DNA of 64,000 bases from Nannocystis bainbridge (GCF_028368995.1 NZ_JAQNDL010000005.1:640001-704000); one strand, 5' to 3'. Positions 52,773 to 63,455 are shown, counted from the stretch's first letter. Numbers and translations: made by a program. The notes: generated from the letters alone by a model not told the origin.

Positions 52773-53378
52773 TCAGCTGCTCGTGCTCGTGCCGCTGCAC
52801 TCGCCCACGCACTGGCAGGCCTCGGGCGAGGGCGCCTCGCAGGTGCATTCCTGCCAGCCCTCGGGCGGTGGGACCGGGGTGTTGGGGAACACGAACACCC
52901 GGCCGGTCTCGACCTCGAAGTAGCCGGAAGGCGCATCCGGTCCGCCGCCCTCCATGAAGTAACAGAAGCCTACCTCGCCGAGCTCGCCAGAAACGCACTC
53001 GCCGTCGCGCACGACCGGCTCGTGGCCCGGTATGAACACACAGTCCACGCCGGCCTTGCAGTCGGCCTCATTGAAGGCGAGGTGGCAGGGCGTCGCCGGT
53101 GCGCCCGTGGTCGAGTCCGCCGCCGAAGTACCCGAAGTGGGCTCGCTCGTGCCGGTGGTGCCGGTGGAGCCCGTGGAGGTCAGGGTGCCGCTCGTGGGTT
53201 CAGCGCCGCTCGACGACGTGGTGGTGCCAGGGTGGCCGGTCGTGGACTCACCGGCGCTCGATGAGCTCGGTTCGGCCGCGGTCGCGCTCGTCTCCCCGGG
53301 TGCGCCGGTGTTCTTGCTGCAAGCGACGACGAAGAACACGAACATCGTCGATGTCCACCACACGCGTGATTTGCACAT
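52773..53378 (-). CDS. hypothetical Cys-rich lipoprotein
   Basis: Lipobox VVAC; S/T linker; Cys-rich C-terminus. Confidence 0.65.
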   Translation of the reverse strand: MCKSRVWWTSTMFVFFVVACSKNTGAPGETSATAAEPSSSSAGESTTGHPGTTTSSSGAEPTSGTLTSTGSTGTTGTSEPTSGTSAADSTTGAPATPCHLAFNEADCKAGVDCVFIPGHEPVVRDGECVSGELGEVGFCYFMEGGGPDAPSGYFEVETGRVFVFPNTPVPPPEGWQECTCEAPSPEACQCVGECSGTSTSS

Positions 53379-53647
53379 AAGCTCTCCAGGTCAGGGCAAA
53401 GACTTCACCGGGAAGGTAGCACGCGCGCGCTCGCGGAGGTAGACGGCATGACCGCGTCGCGGCGCCGCCATGTGCCACCACGTGCGCGCGCGGACAACCC
53501 GACGAGAGAGCGCATGGTCGTACCAGCGTCGAACTCGCCACGATCTGGGAGCGCAAGACCGGACCCAGCGATCCACCCACCCTGTTGTTGTGCGCCAAGG
53601 TTGCGACCCATTGCGATCATCATTCGACCTGCTCTAAAGTTTGTCAC

Positions 53648-54394
53648 ATGCGAGAACCCGAGCTGGAGGCCCTCCTGCTGCGCATCGTTCCGGACCTCGC
53701 GCGCGATTGGTCGGGTGCTTCGCCCGAGGACGTCGCGGAGTTGGCCGAGCGCTTCGAGGACCGGGGCTACGATCTCCCTCCGTTCTATCGCTGGTTCCTC
53801 TCGCGGCTCGGCGGCAGCGTGGGTGCGCTTCACCCCGTCCTGCGGGGCTTCTCTGCCGCGGACATCCTGGCGGCGTATCGTAGCAACAGCGTCGACCTCG
53901 GGCCGACCCAGTTCCTCATCGGTCGCGTACCCGATCCGCTGTTTCCTTGCGACGTCTACTACGACCTGGCCTGCCCGGCGCAGGACGACGCCTGCGTCCT
54001 GCGGCCGCGCATGCCGACCGGGCCCGGGCTGCGGAGAAGCGAGACGTTCCGCGAAATGCTCGCAGCGGAGGTCATGCTCTGGTTCCGCGTAAGGACGGCC
54101 CCTCACCGGTGCACCGGCAAGCTCGTCAGCGCCGAGCGAGGCGCCGCCGACCTGCTCGACGCGGTCATGCTTCGGCTCGGCTTCACGAACCCGCTCGTGA
54201 CCGGTCCCAGCTGTCGGCTGTACGAGCGAGACGCCATGACGATGGTCGCCCAAGCTACCTCAGGACCAGATCTATTCGAACTCTTCGAGTTCGAGGTCGG
54301 CGGAGCGAACACGACAGGCATTCGCCGCTTGCTGCGAGGCATCTCGACGGGCTCCTCGCTCCACGTCGACGCTGAGCGCTGGGCCTCGCGCTGA
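53648..54394 (+). CDS. SMI1/KNR4 (SUKH) family immunity-like protein
   Basis: GASPEDVAELA....LPPFYRWFL..LGG N-terminal signature. Confidence 0.7.
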   Translation: MREPELEALLLRIVPDLARDWSGASPEDVAELAERFEDRGYDLPPFYRWFLSRLGGSVGALHPVLRGFSAADILAAYRSNSVDLGPTQFLIGRVPDPLFPCDVYYDLACPAQDDACVLRPRMPTGPGLRRSETFREMLAAEVMLWFRVRTAPHRCTGKLVSAERGAADLLDAVMLRLGFTNPLVTGPSCRLYERDAMTMVAQATSGPDLFELFEFEVGGANTTGIRRLLRGISTGSSLHVDAERWASR

Positions 54395-54422
54395 GCCTGA
54401 GCCCCCACGCGCGTACTTGTCG

Positions 54423-56519
54423 TCACCTCCCCGCGAGGCCGAGCTGGGCCAGCAGGAACGCTGCCTCGAACGCCCGGCTGTGCAGCCATTCGCGGCGGCT
54501 GCTGGGGCCGGCGTGGCCGGCGTGGGCCTCGGTGCGCAGCAGCGTCGGGCCGCTGCCGGTCGACAGGCGGCGCTGGCGGGCGACGTAGCGGGTCTGCTCG
54601 TGGTAGGCCACGCGGGCGTCGGCCAGCGATGATTCGACCAGCAGGGCCGGATAGGCGCGCGGGCCCAGGTTCGAATAGGGGCACCAGGCGCGGATGACCT
54701 CGTAGTCGGCGCGCACGGCCGGGTCGCCCCACTCCTCGTATTCGGTGGTGGTGAGCGGCGCGGTCGGGTCGGCCATGGTGCCGACGGCGTCGAGGAACGG
54801 CACGCGCAGGACCGCGGCGCGGAACAGCTCGGGGCGTTGATTGAGCACCGACGCGACCAGCGCCCCGCCGGCGCTGTCGCCGGCGACTGCCAGCATTTCA
54901 CGGGTCGTGTAGCCGCGCTCGATCAACTGGGCGGCGACCGCCAGCAGATCACGGCCGGCGTTCAGGCGCGCGCGCCGGCGGCCGGCCTCGTGCCACGGCT
55001 CGCCGAGCTCACCGCCGCCGCGCACCCACGCGATCACGAAATCGAAACCGCGGTTCATCAGCGCGCAGCGGGCGGCGTCGAAGTCGGGGTCCCAGGCGGA
55101 GCCGTACGAGCCATAGGCCTCGAGCAAGATCGGCCGCGGACCGGTGCGCGGGCCGGCGCCGGCGAAATGCATGTACAGCAGCTCCGTGCCGTCGTCGGCG
55201 CGCGTCGCAGCGAACGCGCCGGTGCTGCGGCCGCAGGCCGCCGGTGCGGGGCGGCTGTGGACCAGGGTCTCGCCGCCGTCGGCGAACGCGAGGTCGACGG
55301 TGTCGTCGGGCGCGTGCACGGCGGTGAGGTGGACGCGATAATGGCTGGCTGACGGATCGGGGTTGTCGCCGGGGCTGATGTCGACGATCTCGCCTGTCCG
55401 CGGGGACAGGCCGCGACGGCGCTCGGCGGCGCCGGCCCGCGCGCTGCGGCCGGTCGCCAGCTCGACGAACACCAGCCGCGGGAAGCCGCGCTCGCGCTGC
55501 AGCAGGGCCAGGTGGCCCATGAACGCGTCGAGATGGGTCAGGGCGACGCCGGGCCGCTCGGCGACGACCTCGCGCCAGCGCGCCAGCGCGGGGTCGTCCT
55601 CGGCGGCCGCGACCACGCGAAAGTACGGGGCGCCGCGGTTGCTGCGGACATAGAAATCATCGCCGGCGTGATCGACGTCGTAGAGGTGCCCGGGCTCGCG
55701 GGGCGCGATCACGGTCCACGGCCCCGCCGGCGTCCGGGCCACCCGCACCTCGGCGGTGGTGGCGGAGGCGCTGCGGGCCAGCAACCACTCGCCGGAGCGG
55801 CTGCGCTCGACGTACACGTCGAACCGCGGATCGGTCTCCTCGAAGATCGCTCGATCGTCGCCGCCGATCGCTCGCCCGCGCAGCGCATACGAGCGATAGG
55901 TGTCGTCGCGCACGGTGTAGACCAGCTCGCGGCTGTCGCCGCTCCACGCCGCCGAGGTGACACGATCGATCTGCCCGGGCCGCACCGCCCCCGTCTCGAG
56001 GTCTTTGATAAAAAGCGTGTAGTTTTCGTCGCCGACGACGTCGAGCGAATAGGCGAGCAGGCGATTGTCGGGGCTGACCTCGAAGACTTCGAGGTCGAGA
56101 AAATCGCGGCCACGCGCCAGGCGCGGCAGGTCGAGGATCACCTGCGGGGATTCGTCGGGGCTGGCGTCGGCGCGGCGGCGGAGCCAGGTCGGGTGCTCCT
56201 CGTGGCGGCGCTGGCGGGACCAGTAGAGCCATTCGCCGCGGCGCACGGGGGCCGTCTCGTCGTCGACATAGGCGATGGCCTCGATCTCCCGCTCCAGCGC
56301 GCGCATGAGGGCGCGATGCGGCCGCAGCACCGCGTCGGCGTGGCGGTTCTCGGCGGCGAGGTGGGCCCGCACCGCCGCGTCCTCGGGCCCGGCGCGCAGC
56401 CAGGCGTACTCGTCGCGCAGGGTCTCGCCGTGCAGGGTGAGGACCGCGTCGTCGCCGGTGCGAGCGACCGGCGCCGGGGCGCTTGCGAGGCCGAGGGCGA
56501 GCGCGACGGCGCGGAACAT
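54423..56519 (-). CDS. ptrB: oligopeptidase B-like S9A peptidase
   Basis: DEYAWLR, YGSYG, VRGGGELGEPW, GDSAGG nucleophile elbow, EYEEWGDP, DARV, AGH. Confidence 0.88.
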   Translation of the reverse strand: MFRAVALALGLASAPAPVARTGDDAVLTLHGETLRDEYAWLRAGPEDAAVRAHLAAENRHADAVLRPHRALMRALEREIEAIAYVDDETAPVRRGEWLYWSRQRRHEEHPTWLRRRADASPDESPQVILDLPRLARGRDFLDLEVFEVSPDNRLLAYSLDVVGDENYTLFIKDLETGAVRPGQIDRVTSAAWSGDSRELVYTVRDDTYRSYALRGRAIGGDDRAIFEETDPRFDVYVERSRSGEWLLARSASATTAEVRVARTPAGPWTVIAPREPGHLYDVDHAGDDFYVRSNRGAPYFRVVAAAEDDPALARWREVVAERPGVALTHLDAFMGHLALLQRERGFPRLVFVELATGRSARAGAAERRRGLSPRTGEIVDISPGDNPDPSASHYRVHLTAVHAPDDTVDLAFADGGETLVHSRPAPAACGRSTGAFAATRADDGTELLYMHFAGAGPRTGPRPILLEAYGSYGSAWDPDFDAARCALMNRGFDFVIAWVRGGGELGEPWHEAGRRRARLNAGRDLLAVAAQLIERGYTTREMLAVAGDSAGGALVASVLNQRPELFRAAVLRVPFLDAVGTMADPTAPLTTTEYEEWGDPAVRADYEVIRAWCPYSNLGPRAYPALLVESSLADARVAYHEQTRYVARQRRLSTGSGPTLLRTEAHAGHAGPSSRREWLHSRAFEAAFLLAQLGLAGR

Positions 56520-56668
56520 GGCCCGACGATGCCTGCGGCGCGGGCCGGCTGTCCAGCGACCTCGGGGCGACGCAAGGAATGGGACCCGCCGCGGCCCTCG
56601 CCCCGCTCGCTGCACGTGGCCGTCGCGTCCGGCGATCGCGGTAGACTGGCGGTCCACGGAGGACAGCG

Positions 56669-57052
56669 ATGCCATACGACCAGGGAGCGGCGAAACGGCT
56701 GCGCACGGCGGTGATGCGCGCCGGACCGAGAGGACTCATCGAGGAGCGCAAGATGTTCGGCGGCATCGCCCTGCTGGTCGACGGCAGCATCGCCTGGGGC
56801 GTGCTCGGCAGCGATCTCGTGATTCGTGTGACCGACACCGCCGCGGCGCTCGCCCGGCCGCACGCGCGCCCGTTCGACTTCACCGGCCGACCGTCGCGCG
56901 GGCTGGTGTACGTGGGGCCGCAGGGCTACGCGGAGGAGGGCGAGCTCGACGCGTGGGTCGCGCTGGGGATCGCCGGGGCGCAGGCGGCCGTCCGCACCAG
57001 GCGAGCGAAGCCACGAGCGAAGCCGCCAGCGCCGCGGGCCCGCGCGCGCTAG
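56669..57052 (+). CDS. TfoX/Sxy N-terminal domain protein
   Basis: ERKMFGG, L.IRV, ELDAWV. Confidence 0.85.
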   Translation: MPYDQGAAKRLRTAVMRAGPRGLIEERKMFGGIALLVDGSIAWGVLGSDLVIRVTDTAAALARPHARPFDFTGRPSRGLVYVGPQGYAEEGELDAWVALGIAGAQAAVRTRRAKPRAKPPAPRARAR

Positions 57053-57055
57053 GAC

Positions 57056-57311
57056 GCCCGGACCTCGAAGACATGTCCTTCGGGACATGTCATCATGAGC
57101 CACGAGCGAAGTCCCGCGCGCCCGGACTTCGAGAACATGTCCTTCGGGACTGCTAACAGAGAGCCGCGAGCGAAGCCCCGCGCCCAAAGTTCGAGGACAT
57201 GTCCTTCGAGACATCTCTTCGCTAGCCGCGAGCGAAGCCCGCCCGCGCGCCAGGACGCCCAGCCTTCGATGAGCCGTCCTTCGGGACAGCTCATCGAGAG
57301 CCACGAGCGAG
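57056..57311. repeat. four degenerate 62-75-bp direct repeats (REP/BIME-like), each carrying the 14-bp palindrome
   Basis: YGTCCTTCGRGAC cores at 57074, 57138, 57200 and 57275, each followed by AGCCRCGAGCGA. Confidence 0.85.
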
Positions 57312-57366
57312 CGGCTCGACGCGCGCACCGGGCCGCGCTCACCTGCGCGCGACCCGGTGCCACGAC

Positions 57367-58596
57367 TCAGTCGACCGAGACGCGGACCGGCAGGTCGCGG
57401 ATGTCGCGGAAGATCGGGTGGTCGCCGTAGACCGGCGGGCCCGCCAGCTCGATCGTCGGATAGCGCGCGAGGAACTGCTGCAGCGCGCTCTCGGCCTCGA
57501 GCCGCGCCAGCGAGGCGCCGAGGCAGAAGTGCGGGCCGTGGCCGAACCACGGGCTCGAGCCCGTGCGCCGGCGGATGTCGTAGACGTCCGGGTCGGCCAC
57601 GAACTCGGGGTCGCGCAGGGCGCTCTGCGTGTTGAGGAACACGGGCTGCCCGCGGTGGAAGTCGACGCCGTTCCAGCTGAACGGCTCCTCGACGAAGCGG
57701 GTCAGCCCGCCGCCGCGGCCGAACGCGTTGTAGCGCAGGGTCTCGTCGAGCGCGCTGCGGGCCAGCGACGGGTCCTCGCGCAGGATCGCCATCTGCTCCG
57801 GGTTCCGCAGCAGCTCCATGATCGCGTACGTGGTGAGGTGCACCGTCGTGTCGGAGCCGCCGATGATGAGGCCGGCGATCAGCGACTCGAGCTCACCGTC
57901 GCTCAGGCGGTCGGCGTCGTCGCAGGCGCTGATGAGGTGCGTCAACAGGTCGTCGGCCAGCGGGTTCTCCCGGCGGTCGGCGATCACGGCGCGCACGATC
58001 TGGCGGCCGCGCGAGATGGCCGGCATGTACGACGCGAACACCTCCGGCGACAGGCCGGGGAAGATCGTGGCGATCAGGGCGTCGGCCATGGCGATGAACT
58101 CGGCCTCGGCGCCCGGCGGGATGTTGAGCATCGCCGCGATCACGCGCACCGGATAGTTCTGGGCGAAGTCGCGGAACACGTTGATGACGCCGCGCTCCGG
58201 CAGCTTCTCGAGCACCTCGCGGACGATCTCCACGACGCGGGGCCGGTGCGCCTCGAGCTGGCGCGGCCCGAACAGCGGGGTCACGAGCTTGCGCACCCGC
58301 GCGTGCGACTCGGGCCGCATCACGAACAGGTCGTTCTCTCGCATCGCCACGAAGTCGGGATAGGCCGCGCGCAGCTCGTCCGAGAAGCCGCTGCCGAGCG
58401 TCGGATCGGTGACGAGCCGCGGGTCACGGATCAGCGCCATCACGTCGCGATAACGAAAGACGATGTGGCCCTTGGCCTGCTCCCACGCGTAGATCGGCGC
58501 CTGTTCGCGGAATCGTTGGAAGGTCGGATAGGGATCCTCGACGAACGCGGGGTCGAACGGATCGAACTTCAACTCGGACGTGACGCTCTCCAGCAT
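57367..58596 (-). CDS. cytochrome P450
   Basis: HARVRK, I-helix GGSDTT, ETLR, heme motif FGHGPHFCLG. Confidence 0.95.
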   Translation of the reverse strand: MLESVTSELKFDPFDPAFVEDPYPTFQRFREQAPIYAWEQAKGHIVFRYRDVMALIRDPRLVTDPTLGSGFSDELRAAYPDFVAMRENDLFVMRPESHARVRKLVTPLFGPRQLEAHRPRVVEIVREVLEKLPERGVINVFRDFAQNYPVRVIAAMLNIPPGAEAEFIAMADALIATIFPGLSPEVFASYMPAISRGRQIVRAVIADRRENPLADDLLTHLISACDDADRLSDGELESLIAGLIIGGSDTTVHLTTYAIMELLRNPEQMAILREDPSLARSALDETLRYNAFGRGGGLTRFVEEPFSWNGVDFHRGQPVFLNTQSALRDPEFVADPDVYDIRRRTGSSPWFGHGPHFCLGASLARLEAESALQQFLARYPTIELAGPPVYGDHPIFRDIRDLPVRVSVD

Positions 58597-59364
58597 CGGG
58601 CCGACGTAGCACACTCCCAGGAGAATCGACAGACTCCGGCGACCGCGCGCAGCTCGGGGAACCGCGCCCGCGACACTCGTGGAGCTGCCCATGCGGCGCC
58701 GAGCGACCTGCGCGCGCGCGAGCCCCCGCGCGTCGCGATGAAGTCACGCGATGCCGCAGGCGCGCACGCGAAGAGCCGATCGCCGCATTCGTCGCGGCGG
58801 CCCGCTGCTGTCATTCGAGCGAGGCGCGCTCCGCGACGCGGCAGAAATCACATGTCCCAAAGGCCATATAGAATTGCGAACATTTCTGCGGCCGCTCGCC
58901 CCCAAGCGCCCGTTCGCCACCTGCGCATACCCGGGCCCGCCGCGGCCCATGACCGCCGCCACGCACCTACCGCGACGTGGCGCGAATCTCTCGCCGGCCG
59001 GGCCAGAGCTCGTGGCCGCGCCCTGCCCCGGCCACGAACGCGAGCCCGCGCCGACCGCAGATTGCAGCGAGCCGCGCGAGGCCGGCGAATGTGGCGATGA
59101 TGGGCCGCTCGCGCCATTCGCAGAATGCGAGCACCGGCCGGATGGTGCCGGGCAGCGGCGACGTTCGCCGAGCTTGGTGATCGTCGCAGGCCGGTGACGT
59201 TGGACGGTCGCGTGCGGCGCTCGCACACGCCGGCACGCAGGCGTGGCTCCGCGCGCCCGCGCATGCCATGCGGCGCGCAGTCCGGCGCGCAGCGAGTCGT
59301 GCGCGCTCGCCGGAGCGCGCCGGTGACCGCCCGCTCGCGCCGCGCCGCGCCGGCGTGGGGGAGC

Positions 59365-60744
59365 TCATGGGCCATCGCAAAGGCCGTCGTGGTCGCCGTC
59401 GACCCCGCCGCTCTGCCAGCAGTGCAGCCAGGCGTCGAGGAACAGCCGCCGCTCGGCCACGAACGCGCGCATGTCCTCGACCTGATCGAGGTGCTGCTCG
59501 AGCGTGAAGGGTCGGTTCGGATCGTCGGCCGCGGCCGCGGCGATCTGCGCGGCCCAGGTGTCGAGGCGGTCCTGCAGCACCGCGACGTCGTAGCCGGTCG
59601 CCACGGCGAACGCGATCGCCTCGACGTAGCGGGCGAACCATGCCGGATCGGCGGTGGCGATGGCGTAGAACGGGCGTCCGTGGTGATTCTCCTTGATGTA
59701 CGTGTACGGGTCGGTGTCGGGCTCCAGGCGCGTGAAGGTGTCGTCGAGGTCCCACGGGATGACGACGAAGCCGGAGCTCGGGTCGTTGTAGACGTACTGA
59801 TTGAGCCCGCCGCCCCAGGCGCCGTCGCGGTCGGGGATCACGGCCTCGGTGGCCCACTCGAGCAGCGCCTGCTCGAGGTTCATCACCGCGAGCAGGTCCG
59901 CGACGGTCTCGGCGGCATTCAGCTGCTCGACGTCGGCCTCGCTCGGGTCCTCCTCGTTGGTCTTCTTGTCCCAGCCCGAGCCGCCGCCGCCGCGCTTGTA
60001 GAGGTTGCCGCGCGGCGCCGCGAAGTTGCGCTCCAGGAACTCGCTGTCGACCTTCTCGATGTTGGTGAACAGGCCGTAGTAGGCGCCGTTGACGACCACG
60101 CGGATGTTGTTGGCGCACGGCGCCGCGAGCCCGACGTCGCGCAAGATCGCCAGGGCCAGGCGGTCGCGCAGGAAGCTGCGGTTGTACTCGGCGGCGTCGA
60201 ACAGCACGTGCTTGAGGCCCTCGAACCGGCCCGCGTCGTCGTAGGTGTTGAACGAGACCTCGAACTGCATCTTCTTCTGGTCGTGCCAGTGCGAGGCGTT
60301 GCCGCGCAGGCGCACGGAGGCGTCGGTGATCACGGTGTCGTCGACCTTGAAGCTCAGCAGCGGGTGCTCCTTCAGGTCGTCGTCGTCGGCGATCGCCCAC
60401 TCCTGCTCGAGCCCGGCCAGCTCGGGCGGATCGATCTCCAGCTCCACCGTCGGGAGGCGCTCCTGGGCGTAGAACTCGGGGCACCCCTTCGGCTGCCACG
60501 CCGGCTCGCCGGTGGTCGTGCCGGGCGGGTCGCCGGTGGTCCCGGCCGGCTCGCCGCTCGCGGTCCCGCCGTCGCTCGCGGGCGATTCGCTCGTGCTGCC
60601 GGTCGTCGCCGCCTCGCCGGTCGTGGTCGCGGCGGGCGGGGGGGACGTCGTGCTGGTGCCGCCGTCGCTGTCACCGTCGGCGGCGGGCGGGTCGGGACAT
60701 CCGGCGAGGATCGAGACTGCGAACACGGCCGATGCGGGGCGCAT
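59365..60744 (-). CDS. CotH kinase family lipoprotein
   Basis: Lipobox LAGC; VRLRGN, LRDRLA, NGAYYGLFTNIE, IPWDLD. Confidence 0.88.
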   Translation of the reverse strand: MRPASAVFAVSILAGCPDPPAADGDSDGGTSTTSPPPAATTTGEAATTGSTSESPASDGGTASGEPAGTTGDPPGTTTGEPAWQPKGCPEFYAQERLPTVELEIDPPELAGLEQEWAIADDDDLKEHPLLSFKVDDTVITDASVRLRGNASHWHDQKKMQFEVSFNTYDDAGRFEGLKHVLFDAAEYNRSFLRDRLALAILRDVGLAAPCANNIRVVVNGAYYGLFTNIEKVDSEFLERNFAAPRGNLYKRGGGGSGWDKKTNEEDPSEADVEQLNAAETVADLLAVMNLEQALLEWATEAVIPDRDGAWGGGLNQYVYNDPSSGFVVIPWDLDDTFTRLEPDTDPYTYIKENHHGRPFYAIATADPAWFARYVEAIAFAVATGYDVAVLQDRLDTWAAQIAAAAADDPNRPFTLEQHLDQVEDMRAFVAERRLFLDAWLHCWQSGGVDGDHDGLCDGP

Positions 60745-60908
60745 GACAGAAGGCTGAGACCGCGACCCCGGGCGACAAGGGGAGCCCGTCACGCCCGCGC
60801 CGCGCCTGGTCCGAACGCGGGTCCGATCGCACGCGCAGGGACGCGAGCGTTCGACGCTCGTCACGAGCGCGGCGACGAACGCCGCCGGGCTCGATGCGCC
60901 TCGCCCTA

Positions 60909-61952
60909 TTATGCCGCGGGGGCCAGCTGCACGGCCGGCAGGCGCGCGGCGATCAGGTCGGCGAGGAAATCGGCGAACGGGACGCCGGCGGCGGCCAGAG
61001 CCATGCGGAAGCCGGAGCCGGGGCCGAGGTCGGGGTTGGCGTTGACGTCGATGACTTGCAGCGCGCCTTCGGCGGCCCGCAGATCGAAGCGGCAGTAACC
61101 GGTCATCCCGAGCAGCGTGGCCGCGCGCGTGCACACGGCCACGATCTCGGCGTGCACCGCCGGATCAAGGCCCCCGGCGATCTGGCTCTCGCTCGCCTGC
61201 GCCTCGGGCGAGGCCGTGTCCCACTTGGCGGTCCAGCCGACCACGCGCCGCTCGGGCGCCAGCGTCGGCGCGAACACGATCTGCCCCGGCGGCAGGACCA
61301 GGAGCCCGCGCGGGCCGGCGTGGTAGAGCGCGAGGTTGTACTCGGGGCCGTCGACGAAGGTCTCGATCAGCGCCGGCTGATGGTGCCGGGCCCACACCTG
61401 ACGCGCGCGGGCCAGCGCCGCCTCGGCGTCGTCGCACACGCTGCCCGCGTCGACGCCGACGCCCCCGCCCTCGCGCGCCGGCTTGACGATGACCCGGCCC
61501 GCGGCCGCGCGGGCCAGCAATTCGCGGATGTCCTCGAGGACATGTTCTTCGGAGCAGCCGGGCGCGACGGCGAAGCCGGTCGGGGTCGGCACGCCGGTCT
61601 GGCGCAGGAACTGCTTGACGAACGGCTTGTCCTGGCAGAGCGCGAGCGTCACCGGATCGCAGCCGCAGCAGGGGATCCCCAGCATGTCGAGGCCGAGCGC
61701 CAGGTGGGCCTCGAATCGCGTGCGGCCGATGGCGCCCTCGCACAGGTTGAACACCACGTCGGGCGCGAGCGCGCGGACGGCCGCCAGCGCCGCGGGCACC
61801 GAGTCACCGACCGGCACCAGGGTGCAGGCGTGCAGCGGAGCCAGCGCGGCGTGGACGTCGCGGGCGGTGGCCGCGAGCTCGGGCGCGCCGAGCGGCGCGG
61901 CCACCGGCGGATCGGAGAGGGGGGCGTCGTGATACGTGATGGCGATCCGCAT
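60909..61952 (-). CDS. D-Ala-D-Ala ligase-like ATP-grasp protein
   Basis: VFNLCEG, CQDK, IVKPAREGG, ETFVDGPEYN, YCRFDLR, IDVNANPDL. Confidence 0.88.
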   Translation of the reverse strand: MRIAITYHDAPLSDPPVAAPLGAPELAATARDVHAALAPLHACTLVPVGDSVPAALAAVRALAPDVVFNLCEGAIGRTRFEAHLALGLDMLGIPCCGCDPVTLALCQDKPFVKQFLRQTGVPTPTGFAVAPGCSEEHVLEDIRELLARAAAGRVIVKPAREGGGVGVDAGSVCDDAEAALARARQVWARHHQPALIETFVDGPEYNLALYHAGPRGLLVLPPGQIVFAPTLAPERRVVGWTAKWDTASPEAQASESQIAGGLDPAVHAEIVAVCTRAATLLGMTGYCRFDLRAAEGALQVIDVNANPDLGPGSGFRMALAAAGVPFADFLADLIAARLPAVQLAPAA

Positions 61953-61983
61953 GGGGCTCCGGCGAAGTAAGGGACGAAGGCAG

Positions 61984-63027
61984 CTAATGTTCGGGGGTCG
62001 AATGGCGGCGGTCGGGTCCGGCCCAGCGCCGGGTGGCGGCGCCGAGGATCCGGGCGATCAATTGGTCATAGCTCCAGCCGTGGCCGCGAGCGATGATCAC
62101 GAGGTCGCTGCTGACCGGGTGGAGGCCGGGCAGCGGGTTGACCTCGATGAAGTTGGGGTCGCCGCGGCGGTCGCAGCGGATGTCGATGCGCGACAGGTCG
62201 CGGCAGCCGAACACGCGGTGGACGTCGAGCGCGAGCCCGCGGACGGCGTCGAGCCGGGCCGCGTCGAGGCGCCCCGACTGCAGCAGCTCGTCGGTCATGA
62301 CGTAGCGGACCTGATTGAGGTAGTCGCGCTTGACCTCGAGCGAGTAGACAAAATCCTCGCCGCTGTCGGTCCGCGGGGTCACCTGCATCACGCCGACGAC
62401 CTCGGCCGCGGCGCCGTTGCCGATCACGCCGACGGTGAACTCGTCGCCGGACAGGAACTCCTCGATCAGCACGGCCTGGCGGTAATCGTGCTGCAGCCCG
62501 GCCACGCGCTCGCGCAGGGCCGCCTCGTCGTGGCACACCGAGTTCTTGCGGATGCCCATCGACGAGCCCTCGGCGACCGGCTTGACGAACAGCGGATAGG
62601 CGAGGTCGACCGCCCCGAGCGCCTCGTCGGCGCCGACGATCTGGAACGGCGCGGTGCGGATCCCGTGGGCGGCGGCGAAGATCTTGGCGATGCCCTTGTC
62701 GAGCGCCAGCGCCAGCGCGAACGGCCCCGAGCCGGTGTTGGGGATCCCCAGCACCTCGAGCACCGCCGGGATCTGCGACTCGCGCCCGCGCCCGCCGACG
62801 CCCTCGGCGAAGTTGAACACCCCGTCGACGCGCCGCCCCGGCTCGGCCAGCGCCGCCAGCATCGGCTCGCCCCAGCCCAGCCGGTCGACCTCGTGGCCGA
62901 GGCTGCGCAGGGCGCGGTCGATGGCGTCGACGGTCTCGACCGAGTCGAACTCCTCGAAGCGATCGATCGGCTCGCCCGGCGAAGGACCGAGCTCGGGCTT
63001 GAGGTTGAAGGTCAGACCCAACCGCAT
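61984..63027 (-). CDS. D-Ala-D-Ala ligase-like ATP-grasp protein
   Basis: FNFAEG..GRESQIP, TGS, LDK, VKPVAEGSSMGI, EEFLSGDEFTV, RIDIR, IEVNPLPGL. Confidence 0.9.
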   Translation of the reverse strand: MRLGLTFNLKPELGPSPGEPIDRFEEFDSVETVDAIDRALRSLGHEVDRLGWGEPMLAALAEPGRRVDGVFNFAEGVGGRGRESQIPAVLEVLGIPNTGSGPFALALALDKGIAKIFAAAHGIRTAPFQIVGADEALGAVDLAYPLFVKPVAEGSSMGIRKNSVCHDEAALRERVAGLQHDYRQAVLIEEFLSGDEFTVGVIGNGAAAEVVGVMQVTPRTDSGEDFVYSLEVKRDYLNQVRYVMTDELLQSGRLDAARLDAVRGLALDVHRVFGCRDLSRIDIRCDRRGDPNFIEVNPLPGLHPVSSDLVIIARGHGWSYDQLIARILGAATRRWAGPDRRHSTPEH

Positions 63028-63455
63028 GCGACCTCCGTGGCGGCCGCCGAGACGCGCGGGGCCGGGCTACGAGGGGTCGCTACGCAGCGACCGGCGGCAG
63101 GGGGAGGTTTTGCGGACGATGCACCCGGAGGTTCCAATGTGGCTTCTCGGGACGGAACCATAGCCACTTCGTCGCCGGGGGAAAGTAAAAATTTCGCGTC
63201 GCCCGCCCGAGGGCGCGAGACCGCGGACCGCGGGCCGGCGCCGCGGCGAGTCCCCGGCCGGTGTGAACTGTTGCGCGCAGGCGCGGACGGACGCGCCGCT
63301 CCCGTGGGCGCGGGGGTGAATCCTGGCGTGCTCCGCAGTGCGAGTTCGCGCCGGCTGCCGTCATTGTCCACAGTCGCGAGCGGGCCCGGCGCTGCCGCCA
63401 TTGCGTACAGCGTACCTTGCGATCGGCACGCCGTTCCGCGGCCGACAGCCAGCCG

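Noticed and set aside
57056-57311. Possible CRISPR array
   Set aside because: Repeats are degenerate, there are no unique spacer-length segments, and no cas genes are in the window.
63028-63455. Riboswitch or ncRNA upstream of the ddl-like pair (also 58700-59360)
   Set aside because: No recognisable conserved RNA motif by eye; would need an Rfam search.
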